Assembly: GCA_029781975.1 (NCBI GenBank)
Contig: JAKOVQ010000017.1
Location: forward strand, 130,074-194,073
DNA: 64,000 nucleotides
Direction of reading: 5' to 3'
From: Acidobacteriota bacterium
GTDB lineage: Bacteria > Acidobacteriota > Thermoanaerobaculia > UBA5066
Shown here piece after piece: positions 1 through 10,765 of the stretch; the first letter of the stretch is position 1; each line of letters starts with the position of its first letter. The notes below the pieces were generated by a model. It had not been told where the DNA came from, ran no database searches, and saw only the letters and a program-made list of their open reading frames with translations. A program made the position numbers and the translations under genes.

Positions 1-774
1 TGACGCCGAGGGCCTTGCAATCGGCAGCCGTGATCCGCATCGCCTCGGCGGCCTCCCGGGCCCGGGCCTGGTCCTTCCAGAGGATCGCCGCGCACCCTTC
101 GGGAGAGATGACCGAGTAGACCGAGTGCTCCAGCATCAGGACGGCGTCGGCCACCCCGATCCCGAGGGCGCCGCCGGAGCCCCCCTCGCCCGTCACGGTC
201 GCGACGATCGGCGTCCGGAGCCGCGCCATCTCGTAGAGGTTCCGGGCGATCGCCTCGGAGACCCCCCGCTCCTCGCTGTCGAGGCCGGGGTAGGCGCCGG
301 GCGTGTCGATGAAGGTGAGGACGGGCCGGCCGAACTTCTCGGCCAGCTTCAGGACGCGGAGCGCCTTGCGATAGCCCTCCGGGCGCGGCATCCCGAAGTT
401 CCGCCGGATCTTCTCCTTCGTGTCCCGCCCCTTCTGGTGCCCGATGACGGCCACGGGTCGCTCGCCCAGGAAGCCGAAGCCCGCCACGATGGCCGGGTCG
501 TCCGAGAAGGCCCGGTCCCCGTGGAGCTCGACGAAGTCGCGAAGGAGGAGCCGGACGTAGTCGAGCGTGAAGGGGCGTGCCGGGTGCCGGGCGACGAGGG
601 TCTTCTGCCAGGGAGAGAGGTTCCCGTAGATCTCCCGCGACAGCCTGCCGAGCTTCTGCTCGAGCTTCTGGACCTCCCGCCGCTTGGCCGGGCTGTCCGG
701 GTAGCCCCGGAGCTCGTCGAGCCGGGTTCGCAGGCGCTGGATGGGTTGCTCGAACTGCGTCTCTGCGGCCACGG
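1..774 (-). CDS. accA: Acetyl-CoA carboxylase carboxyltransferase alpha subunit (C-terminus runs off the window start; absent from the ORF track because no stop lies inside the window)
   Basis: Reverse translation of 1..774 gives [21 protein letters not shown]...[60 protein letters not shown]...[24 protein letters not shown], the AccA signature; GTG start near 772-774. Confidence 0.85.
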
Positions 775-801
775 AGGGACTCTAGCAGACCGCCTGCCGG
801 C

Positions 802-3258
802 TCAGAGGAGACTCTGGGGGTCCCGGTCGAGACGGGGCGGGTCGGGAAGGCCCGCCAGGAGAACCCCGGCCCCGGCCAGCGGCTCGCGCGCGTCGGCCTT
901 CAGGAGGAGCTGGACCCGGTACAGCCCCTTGAGGCGCTCCAGCGGCGCCGGGGCGGGACCCAGGATCCTCACCCCGCTCGACGCCATCCCGGCGGCCTCG
1001 AGCGCCGTCCGTCCGGCCCGGGCGCCGGCGAGGGCCCTCTCCTGCTCCTTCGCCGTCCAGAGGGCCATCAGGAGGTGCGAGAACGGGGGGTAGCCGAACG
1101 CCCGCCGGAACCTCAGCTCCCCCTCGGCGAACCGGCGGTGGTCCTGGGCGACCGCCGCGCGGATCGCCTCGTGGTCCGGCCGCGCCGTCTGGACCGCGAC
1201 GATCCCGGGTCGCTCCCCCCGTCCCACCCTGCCGGCGGCCTGGGTGACCAGCTGGAAGGTCCGCTCGGCGGAGCGGAAGTCCGGGAAAGAGAGGATCGCG
1301 TCGGCGTCCAGGACCGCCAGGGCCGTCGCGTCGGGGAAGTCGTGTCCCTTCGCCACCATCTGGGTCCCGAGGAGGGCCCGCGCCCTGCCGGACTCGAAGT
1401 CGGCGAGGACGCCGGCCGCGCCGCCGCGCCGCGCGGCGGCATCGCGGTCGAGGACCGCGTAGGGGATCCCGGGGAACGCCTCCTCGAACCGCTCGGCCAG
1501 CCGCTCCGTCCCGAAGCCGACCGGCATCAGCACCTCCGAGCCGCACGCCGGACAGGCGCGCGGCCGCCTCAGGACGTCGCCGCAGTAGTGGCAGAGGAGC
1601 CGCTCGCCCCGCCGGTGATAGGTCCGAGCCACCGAGCAGCTGCGGCACCGGAAGTCGTTCCCGCAGGCCCGGCAGAGGAGGCTGGGAGAGAAGCCGCGCC
1701 GGTTGAGGAGGAGGATCGCCTGCTCCCCGCGGTCGAACGCGTCCTTCAGGATCTGCCGGGTCCGGGCGGCCAGGAGGACCCGGCCGTGGTCCCCCGGTCG
1801 CGCCTCCTCCTCCCGCAGGTCGACGACCTCGACGTCCGCGCGCCTCCGCGCTCCCGGCCGCTCCGGGAGGACGAGGCGGGTCAGGCGGCCGTCGCGCGCC
1901 GCCTGCTCCTGTTCCATCGCGGGAGTCGCCGTCCCGAGGAGGAGGACCGCCCCCTCCTCGTGCGCCCGGACCCGCGCGACCGTCCTCGCGTCGTAGCGCG
2001 GGGCCTCGGCCTGCTTGTACGAGGCGTCGTGCGCCTCGTCGACGACGAGGAGCCCGAGCCTCGGGAGCGGCGCGAAGACCGCGGACCGCGGCCCGACGAC
2101 GACGTCGACGGACCCCTTTCGCGCCCGCTCCCACTCGGCGGCCCTCTCGCCGTCGCTCAGGCCGCTGTGCAGGATCGACACGCGCCCCGGGAAGCGGCCG
2201 GACAGCCTGCCGACGAGGGCGGGGACGAGGGCGATCTCCGGGACGAGGACCACGCCCTGCCTGCCCGCCGCGAGGGCCCGCTCGAGGGCCAGCAGGTAGA
2301 CCTCGGTCTTGCCGCTTCCGGTCACCCCCTCGAGGAGGAACGACGTCGCGCTCCCGGCGGCCAGGGCCGCGCCGATCGCAGCGGCGGCCTCCGCCTGCGC
2401 GGCCGTCGGGACCACCCGGGGAGACGGCCGCGGCCGGCCGACGTGAGCCGCGAGGTCCGCCGCCCGCTCCTCCTCGGCGACCGCGAGGGCCCCGAGCGCG
2501 ACGAGGCTCCGGAGGAGCGCGGGTGTCGCCCCCGCGGCCCGGGCCTCGGCCTCGGAGACCGGGCGTCCCCGGGCGGCGATCTCGTGGAGGACGCCCCGCG
2601 CCTTCGGCCGGCGCGCGAGGACGGCGACGGCCCCGGGCGGGAGCGGGCGCGCGGCGTAGCTCCTGGCCTGCGGAGCTCTCGAAGCGCGGAGCGTCTCCGC
2701 GGGGACCGCGACGAGACCGGAGTCGAGGAGGCTCCGGAGGGCCGTGCCGAGGCCGCGCGGTCCGAGCCGCTCGGCCAGCCGCGCCGCGTCGGAGGGCCCC
2801 GAGGTGAGGAGCTCGTCGAGGACCTCCCGTGCCCGCGGATCGGCGGGGCGCGCCCCGACGGCGGCGCGCGTCGAGGCGAAGCGCGCCGGCCCGATCGACA
2901 GGAGGCGCGGCGGCACCCCCGTCCGGAGGAGCTCGCCGGGGGCGGCGAAGTAGTAGGCGGCCGCCCGGAGGAGGACGTCGATCGTCCGCTCGGGGAGGAA
3001 CGCGACGTCGTCGAACACCGCCAGGACCTCCCTCTCGACGGTTCCGGGAGGGAGGGGGTCCGGGACGCCCGGCGCCCTCAGGCCCGTCACGACCCGCGAG
3101 CCGAACGGCACGGCGAGCCGGGCCCCGACGGGTGGGTCCGGGAGGTCGTCGGGGAGGCGGTAGACGGGGAGGCCGGGGAAGCCCGTCGGGGTCAGGACCG
3201 CGATGCGCCGCGGCGGCGCGGCGGGGGCCGCCGCCTCGGGCGGGTCAGGCTCTGTCAC
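802..3258 (-). CDS. priA: Primosomal protein N' (replication restart helicase PriA)
   Basis: 818 aa; Walker A GVTGSGKTEVYL, DEAH box (VVDEAHD), Cys-rich zinc-binding insert CRACG..CRSC..CHYCG..CPACG, helicase C-terminal motifs. Confidence 0.9.
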   Translation of the reverse strand: MTEPDPPEAAAPAAPPRRIAVLTPTGFPGLPVYRLPDDLPDPPVGARLAVPFGSRVVTGLRAPGVPDPLPPGTVEREVLAVFDDVAFLPERTIDVLLRAAAYYFAAPGELLRTGVPPRLLSIGPARFASTRAAVGARPADPRAREVLDELLTSGPSDAARLAERLGPRGLGTALRSLLDSGLVAVPAETLRASRAPQARSYAARPLPPGAVAVLARRPKARGVLHEIAARGRPVSEAEARAAGATPALLRSLVALGALAVAEEERAADLAAHVGRPRPSPRVVPTAAQAEAAAAIGAALAAGSATSFLLEGVTGSGKTEVYLLALERALAAGRQGVVLVPEIALVPALVGRLSGRFPGRVSILHSGLSDGERAAEWERARKGSVDVVVGPRSAVFAPLPRLGLLVVDEAHDASYKQAEAPRYDARTVARVRAHEEGAVLLLGTATPAMEQEQAARDGRLTRLVLPERPGARRRADVEVVDLREEEARPGDHGRVLLAARTRQILKDAFDRGEQAILLLNRRGFSPSLLCRACGNDFRCRSCSVARTYHRRGERLLCHYCGDVLRRPRACPACGSEVLMPVGFGTERLAERFEEAFPGIPYAVLDRDAAARRGGAAGVLADFESGRARALLGTQMVAKGHDFPDATALAVLDADAILSFPDFRSAERTFQLVTQAAGRVGRGERPGIVAVQTARPDHEAIRAAVAQDHRRFAEGELRFRRAFGYPPFSHLLMALWTAKEQERALAGARAGRTALEAAGMASSGVRILGPAPAPLERLKGLYRVQLLLKADAREPLAGAGVLLAGLPDPPRLDRDPQSLL

Positions 3259-3879
3259 TCGGGACGTCGCTCGTCGAGGGCGCTTCGTCCCCGGAGCTGT
3301 CGTCGTCCGGCTCGTCCCCGACGACGACGAACGACTTCTGGTCGGGGCTCCACCGGTACCTCCGGGCGGTGTCGGCCTCGATGTCGGGCGTCAGGACGAG
3401 GATCGACCGGTCGATCGTCAGGTCGCCGGTCGAGAGAGGGGTCCCGAGCTCCACCCAGACCGGCCGCTGGAAGCCGCCCCCGGGATTGCCGAAGAAGACG
3501 GCGACGTCGAAGGGCGGGTCGTCCCCCTCGCGTCTCACGAACGCCTGGGCGAAGTCGAGGATCCCGTCGCCGTTCAGGTCTCCGCGGACGAAGTAGGGGT
3601 CGTAGGAGCCGTACAGGGACTCCAGGTCGTCCCGGGCGGGGGTCTGGACGAGGTCCTCCGGCCCGGCCACGCGGAGGCCGCGCACGGCCACGGCGGTGAT
3701 CGCCGCGGTCTCGGCCGGGGTTCGGCCGGAGACGTCGAGCGGCGGAGCGGCCGGCTGCTGACGGGGTGGCGCGGCCGGGCGCGCGGGGGCCTCGGGGCGG
3801 CGCAGGAAGACCAGCGCGCCGAGCCCTCCGACGAGGGCGGCGGCGACCAGGGAGCCCGCCAGGAGACCGCCCCGCCTCA
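3245..3879 (-). CDS. Hypothetical membrane-anchored protein with DxNxDGxxD calcium-binding-like motif
   Basis: Homology-free call: N-terminal TM helix (LLAGSLVAAALVGGLGALVFL) after a GTG at about 3879, Pro/Ala-rich linker, DLNGDGILD motif, acidic C-terminal tail; the ORF N-terminus upstream of 3879 is frame artifact. Confidence 0.45.
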
Positions 3880-4678
3880 CGTCGCTCCTCCCGGCCGCCG
3901 CGGGCTCGGGAGCCCGAGCCGCTCGAGGACCTTCAGCAGGTCCTCCCACGCCTCCTTCTTCCGCTCCGGCTGCCGCAGGAGGAAGGAGGGGTGGTACGTC
4001 GGCATCACGGGGATCCCCCGGTAGCTCCCCCACCTCCCCCGCAGCCGCGAGATCGGCTCCTCGGTCTCGAGGAGGAACTGCGCCGCGAACTTCCCGAGGG
4101 CGACGAGCGCCGCCGGCGCCACGAGGCCGACCTGGGCCTCGAGGTAGGGGCGGCAGAGGGCGATCTCGTCCGGCTCGGGGTTCCTGTTGCCGGGCGGGCG
4201 GCACTTCAGGACGTTCGCGATGTAGACGTCCTGCCGGGAGAGCCCCATCCCCCCCTCGATCATCTTCGTCAGGAGCTGGCCGGCCCGGCCGACGAACGGG
4301 ACCCCCGTGGCGTCCTCGTCGGCGCCGGGCGCCTCCCCGACGAACATGATCCGGGTCTTTCCCGTACCGTCGGAGAAGACCGTCTGCGTCCGGGTCTGGG
4401 CGAGTCGGCAGAGCTGGCAGGCGGCGACGGCCGCCCGGACGGCGGCCAGGTCGGAGGCGGTCGCGGCCGCAGGGACGGCGTCTCCGCCTGCCGTCTCCCG
4501 GCCCGGGCCCGACGAGGTCTCCTCGACCGGGCGCGCGGACGCGGGGGACGCCGCGGACGCAGCGAGGCCCGCGTCGTCGCTCCCGCCGGGCCCGGGGCGG
4601 AGGACCTCCTCGACCCCGAGGTCGCGGAAGTAGCGGAGGGCCCCGATCAGGGCGCTGCGGCGGTCGTCGCTGGGCATC
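3877..4678 (-). CDS. Family 4 uracil-DNA glycosylase (phage SPO1 DNA polymerase-related UDG)
   Basis: C-terminal 265 aa of ORF 3877..5505: CQLCRL..., [43 protein letters not shown]; ATG MPSDD at about 4676-4678. Confidence 0.8.
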
Positions 4679-5888
4679 GGGCGTCGAGGAGCGTCGCGAG
4701 GCGGTCGAGGAGGAGGCCCGCGACGACGGTCTTGGAGCTCCGGGCGATCCGGTCGGGCTCTCCGCCGTCCGCGGAGAGGACCACGACCTCGTTCTCCTCC
4801 CGGTCGAAGCCGATGTCGGAGCGGGAGACGTCGTTCGCCACGAGGAGGTCCGCCCCCTTCTCGCGGAGCTTTCGCGCGGCGTTCGCCAGGAGGTCCTCCG
4901 TCTCCGCCGCGAAGGCGACGACGACCTGCTCGGGCCGCCGGATCTCCCGGACGGCCGCCAGGATGTCGGGGGCGAGCGTCAGCTGGAGGTCCGGCAGTCC
5001 CGCCGCCCGCTTCAGCTTCCGCGGAGCGGCCTGACGGATGGCGAAGTCGGCCGGGGCGGCGGCCATGACGAGCGCGTCCGCGTCGAGGAACGCCGCGAGG
5101 ACCGCGTCCCGCATCTCCTCCGCCCGTTCCACGCGGACGACTTCCACACCGGGAGGCGGGTCGATCGACACCGGGCCGGTCACCAGGACGACGGTCGCGC
5201 CGCGGCGTTGCGCCTCCCGGGCGAGGGCGTAGCCCATCCGGCCCGAGCTCCTGTTCGAGAGGAAGCGGACGGGGTCGATCGGCTCCCGGGTGGGTCCGGC
5301 GGTCACCACGACCTTGCGGCGGGCCAGGGCGTGGCTGACGCGAGCCGTCCGGAGGACCGCCGCCGTGATCGACTCGGGGGAGGCGAGACGCCCGGGCCCG
5401 ACGTCGCCGCAGGCCAGGTCCCCCGCCTCGGGCTCGACGACCACCGCGCCCCGCGCCCTGAGGACGGCGACGTTCTCCCGGGTCGCGGGGTGCTCCCACA
5501 TCCACGTGTTCATCGCGGGCGCCAGGACCAGCGGCCCGCGATGCGCCAGCGCGTAGGTGGAGAGGACCTCGTCTCCGATCCCGCGCGCGAGCTTGGCGAG
5601 GATGTCGGCCGTGGCGGGGGCCACGGCCAGGACGTCGGCGAAGCGAGCCAGCTCCACGTGGTCGACCGCCCCGGAGCCGGGGTCCCAGAGGTCGGCGACG
5701 ACGGGGGACTTCGAGAGGACGGAGAGGGTCAGGGGGGCGATGAACCGGACCGCCGCCGGCGTCATGACGACCCGCACGGAAGCCCCGCGCGCGACGAGCA
5801 GGCGGACGATCTCGGCGGCCTTGTAGGCCGCGATGCCGCCGCTGACGCCGAGGACGACCCTCGCGGGCGCCGGGAGCTCGCCGCCCAC
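4647..5888 (-). CDS. coaBC: Bifunctional phosphopantothenoylcysteine decarboxylase / phosphopantothenate-cysteine ligase
   Basis: 413 aa; flavoprotein N-domain ([13 protein letters not shown]), CoaB domain ([13 protein letters not shown]); full-length homology. Confidence 0.9.
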   Translation of the reverse strand: MGGELPAPARVVLGVSGGIAAYKAAEIVRLLVARGASVRVVMTPAAVRFIAPLTLSVLSKSPVVADLWDPGSGAVDHVELARFADVLAVAPATADILAKLARGIGDEVLSTYALAHRGPLVLAPAMNTWMWEHPATRENVAVLRARGAVVVEPEAGDLACGDVGPGRLASPESITAAVLRTARVSHALARRKVVVTAGPTREPIDPVRFLSNRSSGRMGYALAREAQRRGATVVLVTGPVSIDPPPGVEVVRVERAEEMRDAVLAAFLDADALVMAAAPADFAIRQAAPRKLKRAAGLPDLQLTLAPDILAAVREIRRPEQVVVAFAAETEDLLANAARKLREKGADLLVANDVSRSDIGFDREENEVVVLSADGGEPDRIARSSKTVVAGLLLDRLATLLDARCPATTAAAP

Positions 5889-5898
5889 GGCCCCGCCG

Positions 5899-6153
5899 TC
5901 AGATCCCGATGGTCGGGAGCGGGTCGACCGGGAGCAGGGTCTCCTCGCCCTCCGCCGGCTCGGGGGCCGGCTGCGAGAGCTGCCAGCGGACGAGGCCGGA
6001 ATTCACCTCGTCGAGCGCGACGCGGGTCAGCTTCGTGTGGCGGACCTCGACCTTCGGCCGCGCGCCCTGGATGAGCTGCTCCGCGCGCCGGGCCGCGATG
6101 TGGACCAGGCGGAACTTCGACTCGATCGGCGGAACCTGGATCTCTTCGGTCAT
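5899..6153 (-). CDS. rpoZ: DNA-directed RNA polymerase omega subunit
   Basis: Internal ATG of ORF 5899..6351: MTEEIQVPPIESKFRLVHIAARRAEQLIQGARP (RpoZ fold); the longer ORF N-terminus is artifact. Confidence 0.8.
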   Translation of the reverse strand: MTEEIQVPPIESKFRLVHIAARRAEQLIQGARPKVEVRHTKLTRVALDEVNSGLVRWQLSQPAPEPAEGEETLLPVDPLPTIGI

Positions 6154-6235
6154 TCGGGGGACCTCCACGGGGATTCGGGAATACGTCCCGGCGCTCGTTC
6201 TGGCTCTCGTCCTGGCTCGTCGGCCGCCCGGTGTC

Positions 6236-6865
6236 TCATGCGGGAAACGTCCGGAGGATCGCCTCGAGCCGCTCCCGCCGTCTCCTCGCCCGGGCCCTCC
6301 GGGCGACGAGGATGGAGCGCAGCTCGTCGACGGCCGACTCCAGGGAATCATTGATTATCGCATAGTCGTACTCGCCGAACTCCCCCATCTCCCGGGCCGC
6401 CGCCGAGAGCCGGCGGGCGATCACGTCCGGCGCGTCCTGGGCCCGCGCCCGGAGCCGCTCCTCGAGGACCGGGCGGGACGGGGGGAAGACGAAGATCTTG
6501 ACGACGTCGGGGATGCGCGATCGGACCTGCCGGGCGCCCTGGACGTCGATGTCCAGGAGGACGTCGATGCCGCGGGCCAAGCGCTCCTCCACCTCGGCCC
6601 GGGAGGTGCCGTACCGGTGGCCGTGCACCTCGGCCGATTCGAGGAACCCGTCGCGCTCCTCGAGCTCGCGGAACTCCTCGGGGGTCACGAAGTAGTACTC
6701 GCGGCCGTGGACCTCGCTCCCCCGCGGCGCCCGCGTCGTGTGCGAGACCGAGAAGTGGAGCGTGGGCCCCAGCCCCGGGTCGTCGAGGATCCTGCGGATG
6801 AGGGTCGTCTTCCCCGCTCCGGAGGGGGAGGAGACGATGAAGAGGTCGCCGGCGGTCGCGCTCAT
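6236..6865 (-). CDS. gmk: Guanylate kinase
   Basis: 209 aa; P-loop SPSGAGKTTL, GREYYFVT, guanylate-kinase signature throughout. Confidence 0.9.
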   Translation of the reverse strand: MSATAGDLFIVSSPSGAGKTTLIRRILDDPGLGPTLHFSVSHTTRAPRGSEVHGREYYFVTPEEFRELEERDGFLESAEVHGHRYGTSRAEVEERLARGIDVLLDIDVQGARQVRSRIPDVVKIFVFPPSRPVLEERLRARAQDAPDVIARRLSAAAREMGEFGEYDYAIINDSLESAVDELRSILVARRARARRRRERLEAILRTFPA

Positions 6866-7734
6866 TCGACGTTCTGGACCTGTTCCTTGAAGGCTTCGAC
6901 GTCCGACTTGAGGTCGAGGACCGCGCGCGTCAGGGAGAGCTCCCGGGCCTTCTGCCCGCTCGTGTTGACCTCGCGATGGAGCTCCTGCGCGAGGAAGTCG
7001 AGCCGCTTTCCCACGGGCCCGGCGGAGGCGAGGAGCCGGCGGACCTCCGACAGGTGAGCCTTGAGCCGGTCGATCTCCTCCGTCACGTCGGCCCGGTCCG
7101 CCAGCAGGGCGACCTCCTGGGCGAGCCGTCCCTCGTCGAGCGGCACGGTCCCCGCGAGCTTGGCGACCCGCTCCCGAAGGGTCTCCACGACGCGTGCGGC
7201 CAGCCCCTCCCGCGACTCGTCGAGCCGGCCGATCCCGGCCTCCAGCCGGTCGACGAGGGCGGAGAGCGCCCGCGACAGCGCCTCCCCTTCCCGGCTCCGC
7301 GCCGCGTCCAGCTCGTGGAGGGCCGCCCCCGCCGCCTTCAGCACCCCTTCCCGGAGGGCGTCCGCCTGGTCGACGTCCTCCTCGGACCGGAGGACCCCCG
7401 GGAGCGACAGGAGGTCCCGGGCGCCCAGCTCCGCCGGAAGGCCGCGGCGCGACGCCGCCTCTCGCCAGAGCGCGGCGTAGCGGGCGGCGGCCTCCTCGTC
7501 GAAGGAGGCGGTCCGGCCGCCGGGGCGGGCGACGCGGACGGTCAGGTCCACGCGGCCGCGGGTCGCCCGGTCGGCGACGAGCCGCCTCAGCTCCGGCTCG
7601 AGGGCGGCCAGCTCGTCGCGGAGCTTCACGGCGACGTCCAGGAACCGGTGGTTGACGCTTCGTGCCTGGACGGTGATCTCCGTCCCGTCGGAAAGCCGCG
7701 ATCCCCCGCGGCCGAAGCCCGTCATCGATTTCAC
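6862..7734 (-). CDS. yicC: YicC family stress-induced protein (TIGR00255)
   Basis: 290 aa starting MKSMTGFGRG, full-length YicC N- and C-domains; ATGA overlap with gmk start. Confidence 0.85.
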   Translation of the reverse strand: MKSMTGFGRGGSRLSDGTEITVQARSVNHRFLDVAVKLRDELAALEPELRRLVADRATRGRVDLTVRVARPGGRTASFDEEAAARYAALWREAASRRGLPAELGARDLLSLPGVLRSEEDVDQADALREGVLKAAGAALHELDAARSREGEALSRALSALVDRLEAGIGRLDESREGLAARVVETLRERVAKLAGTVPLDEGRLAQEVALLADRADVTEEIDRLKAHLSEVRRLLASAGPVGKRLDFLAQELHREVNTSGQKARELSLTRAVLDLKSDVEAFKEQVQNVE

Positions 7735-9620
7735 GGCAGCATCTCCCCCTCTCCTCCGAGCTCCACGAGGCGCCGGTAGAGGCCGCCCCGCGCCATCAGC
7801 TCCGCGTGCGTCCCGACCTCCGCCACCCGACCCGCGTCGAGGACCACGATCTGGTCCGCCCGCCTCACCGTCGAGATCCGGTGGGCGATCACGAGCGTCG
7901 TCCTCCCGGCCATCAGCCGCTCGAGCGCGTCCTGCACCGCGCGCTCGCTCTCGGCGTCGAGGGCCGACGTCGCCTCGTCGAGGACGAGGATCGGGGGGTC
8001 CTTCAGGAGGGCCCGGGCGATCGCGAGGCGCTGGCGCTGTCCGCCCGAGAGCCGCGTCCCCGACTCGCCCACCCGGGAATCGGCGCCCGCCGGCAGGGCG
8101 TCGACGAAGGCGTCGGCGTTCGCCGCGCTCAGCGCGGCGCGGAGCCTCTCCTCCGGCACGCCGTCGCGGCCGTACGCCACGTTCCGCCGGATGGTGTCGT
8201 CGAAGAGGACGACGTCCTGCGTCACGAGGCCGATCGACCCTCGGAGCGACGCGAGCGTCACGTCGCGGACGTCGGTGCCGTCCACGGAGATCCTCCCGCC
8301 CGTGACGTCCATGAACCTCAGGAGGAGGTTGGCGAGGGTCGTCTTCCCCGCGCCCGACGGCCCGACGAGCGCCGTCACGGTCCCCTTCCTCAGCTCGAAC
8401 TCGACCCCGCTCAGGACGGGTCCGTCCGCGCCGGGATAGGCGAAGGTGACCCCCTCGAACCGGATCCCCTCGCGGAAGGGGGCGAGCGGGCGCGCCCCCG
8501 GCCGGTCCGCGACGGAGACGGGAGCGTCGAGGACCTCGAAGAGCCGCCGCGCCGACGCCAGCGCGTGCTGGAGCGCCAGGTTGATCCGCGTCGCGCGCTT
8601 GAACGGCTGGTACATCATCGTCAGGCCGACGCCGAACGAGATGAAGTCGCCCAGGGTCATCGCGCCCGCCGCGATCCGCCGGCCGGCGTAGGCGAGGAGC
8701 ACCAGGAAGACCGCCACCGACGCCGTCTCCACGAGCGGCGAGGAGAGCGCCATCACGCGCGCGGCCTTCCGGAGGAGGCGGTACGTCCTCTCGTTCACCT
8801 CGCCGAAGCGCCCCGCCTCGTACCCCTCGGCCCCGTAGGCCTGGACGACCCGGTAGCCGCGGAGCGTCTCGGAGAGGACCCCCGTCAACGCCCCCATCTT
8901 CTCCCGGCTGGCGCGCGAGATCTTGCGGATCCGGTTCGCGATCAGGACGACCGGGACGACGATCGACGGCGCGACGAGGAGGGCGACCAGGGTCAGCTCC
9001 GGCGAGCGAGAGACGACGAGGACGGAGAGGCCGGCGAGCGTCGCCGTCGACTGGATGAGGTCGCCGAGGTCGGTCCCGAAGAGGTACTGGATCCGGTCGA
9101 CGTCCCCCGTCACGCGGGCGATCATGTCCCCCGACGGGTGCTCCGCGTGGAAGGCGCCCGACTGCCCGAGGAGCTTCTCGTAGACGAGCCCGCGGAGGTC
9201 CTTCACGAAGGCGAGCCCGACGGCGTTGAAGCGGTACTCGGCGAAGAAGGCGCAGACGTTCTTCAGGAGGAACGCCGCGAAGAGCGCGAGCGGCAGGAAC
9301 GCCGTCGCGGGGATCCCCGCCGCCACGGCGCCGGCCTTCAGGCCCGCGAGGCCCTCGTCGAGCGAGCGGATCACCGCCGTCTGGTGGGCGCCCTCCGCGG
9401 CGGCGATGGCGGAAGCGAGCTTCTTCGAGGTCGGGTCCTTCTCGAGCTCGGCCCGGACGGCCGCCGTCTGCTCGGGGGTCAGGAGGCTGTCGAAGAGGGG
9501 CCCGAAGAGGTAGGCGACGAGGGTCGTGAAGAGCGCGACCCCGAGCATCGCCAGGGCGGCGGTCACCGCGGTCCCCGCGTGCCGGCGGAAGAGCCGGACG
9601 AGGCGGAGGAAGTCGTTCAC
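7731..9620 (-). CDS. msbA: ABC transporter ATP-binding/permease, MsbA-like lipid A flippase
   Basis: 6-TM domain followed by NBD: Walker A GPSGAGKTT, LSGGQRQR, Walker B ILVLDEATSALD; GTG start (VNDFLRL) overlaps lpxB stop as GTGA; the 270-aa Arg/Gly-rich N-terminus of ORF 7731..10403 is artifact. Confidence 0.85.
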   Translation of the reverse strand: MNDFLRLVRLFRRHAGTAVTAALAMLGVALFTTLVAYLFGPLFDSLLTPEQTAAVRAELEKDPTSKKLASAIAAAEGAHQTAVIRSLDEGLAGLKAGAVAAGIPATAFLPLALFAAFLLKNVCAFFAEYRFNAVGLAFVKDLRGLVYEKLLGQSGAFHAEHPSGDMIARVTGDVDRIQYLFGTDLGDLIQSTATLAGLSVLVVSRSPELTLVALLVAPSIVVPVVLIANRIRKISRASREKMGALTGVLSETLRGYRVVQAYGAEGYEAGRFGEVNERTYRLLRKAARVMALSSPLVETASVAVFLVLLAYAGRRIAAGAMTLGDFISFGVGLTMMYQPFKRATRINLALQHALASARRLFEVLDAPVSVADRPGARPLAPFREGIRFEGVTFAYPGADGPVLSGVEFELRKGTVTALVGPSGAGKTTLANLLLRFMDVTGGRISVDGTDVRDVTLASLRGSIGLVTQDVVLFDDTIRRNVAYGRDGVPEERLRAALSAANADAFVDALPAGADSRVGESGTRLSGGQRQRLAIARALLKDPPILVLDEATSALDAESERAVQDALERLMAGRTTLVIAHRISTVRRADQIVVLDAGRVAEVGTHAELMARGGLYRRLVELGGEGEMLP

Positions 9621-10765
9621 GCCGCCGCCCTCCCGCGGAGCGCGGCCAGGAGCGCCTCGGCGGTCCTCTCCGCCGCGCCGGCGGGGCCGAGGTCGGCGCG
9701 CCCCAGCGCCAGGCGCCGGCGGCTCTCCGCCGCCCGGGCGGGGTCGTCGAGGAACGCGGCGACCTCCGCGGCGATCCGCTCCGGCGTCGCCGCGCCCTGG
9801 ATCAGCTCGGGGACGGCGCGCGTCCCGCTCCCGTCGTCCGAGACGAGGTTGGCCATGGCGACGTCGTCGACCTTGACGAGGAGCTTGCCGGCGAGGTAGC
9901 TGATCGGGTTCACCTTGTAGACGACGACCATCGGGATCCCGGTCAGGAGCCCCTCGACGGTGGCGGTCCCGCTCGCCACGAGGAGGACGTCCGACGCCGC
10001 GAGGAGCGCGAGGTGCTCTCCCGAGACGACGGACCAGGTGCCGAGCGCGGGACCCGCCACCTCGCGCAGGAGCGCCTCGGGGACCGAGTCCGCCCGGACG
10101 AGGACGACGTCCAGGTCGGAGCGGGAGGCCCGGAGACGCTCGACCGCCCGGGCCAGGAGAGGGAGCAGCTTCCGGATCTCGCCCGAGCGCGACCCCGGCA
10201 TCAGGACGACCCGTCGCCGCCCCTCCGCGGGACGGGGGTGCGGGACGGCCAGCTCGCGCGCGGCCGCGTCGACCAGCGGGTGGCCGACCCACGTCACCTT
10301 CTCGCCGAGGCCGCGGGCGTCGTACCACCGCTTCTCGAAGCCGAAGAGGACGAGGACCGCCTCCCCGCGCCGGACGATCTTCCTCGCCCGCCCGCTCCGC
10401 CACGCCCAGACCTGCGGCGAGACGTAGAAGACGACCGGGACGCCGGCCCTCTGGAGCCTTCGGGCCAGCGGGAGGTTGAAGTCGGGCGAGTCGATCAGGA
10501 CCGCGGCGTCGGCGGCGCCGGACGCGGCCTCCTCGACGAGCCTCCTGATGAGCCGGTGGGCGAACCGGACTTTCCCGAACGCCTCGACGAGGCCGACGAC
10601 GGCGAGGTCCTTCTGGTGGGCGACCAGCCGGACCCCGCGGGAGGCCAGGCCGTCCCCCCCGACGCCGAAGACCGAGAGCTCCGGCACCCGCGGGGCGAGG
10701 GCGTCGAGGAGCGCGGAGCCGTGCTGGTCCCCGGACACCTCGCCCGCGACGACGAGGAGCCTCAT
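9617..10765 (-). CDS. lpxB: Lipid-A-disaccharide synthase
   Basis: 382 aa; MRLLVVAGEVSGDQHG..., GT19 family signature end to end. Confidence 0.9.
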   Translation of the reverse strand: MRLLVVAGEVSGDQHGSALLDALAPRVPELSVFGVGGDGLASRGVRLVAHQKDLAVVGLVEAFGKVRFAHRLIRRLVEEAASGAADAAVLIDSPDFNLPLARRLQRAGVPVVFYVSPQVWAWRSGRARKIVRRGEAVLVLFGFEKRWYDARGLGEKVTWVGHPLVDAAARELAVPHPRPAEGRRRVVLMPGSRSGEIRKLLPLLARAVERLRASRSDLDVVLVRADSVPEALLREVAGPALGTWSVVSGEHLALLAASDVLLVASGTATVEGLLTGIPMVVVYKVNPISYLAGKLLVKVDDVAMANLVSDDGSGTRAVPELIQGAATPERIAAEVAAFLDDPARAAESRRRLALGRADLGPAGAAERTAEALLAALRGRAAA

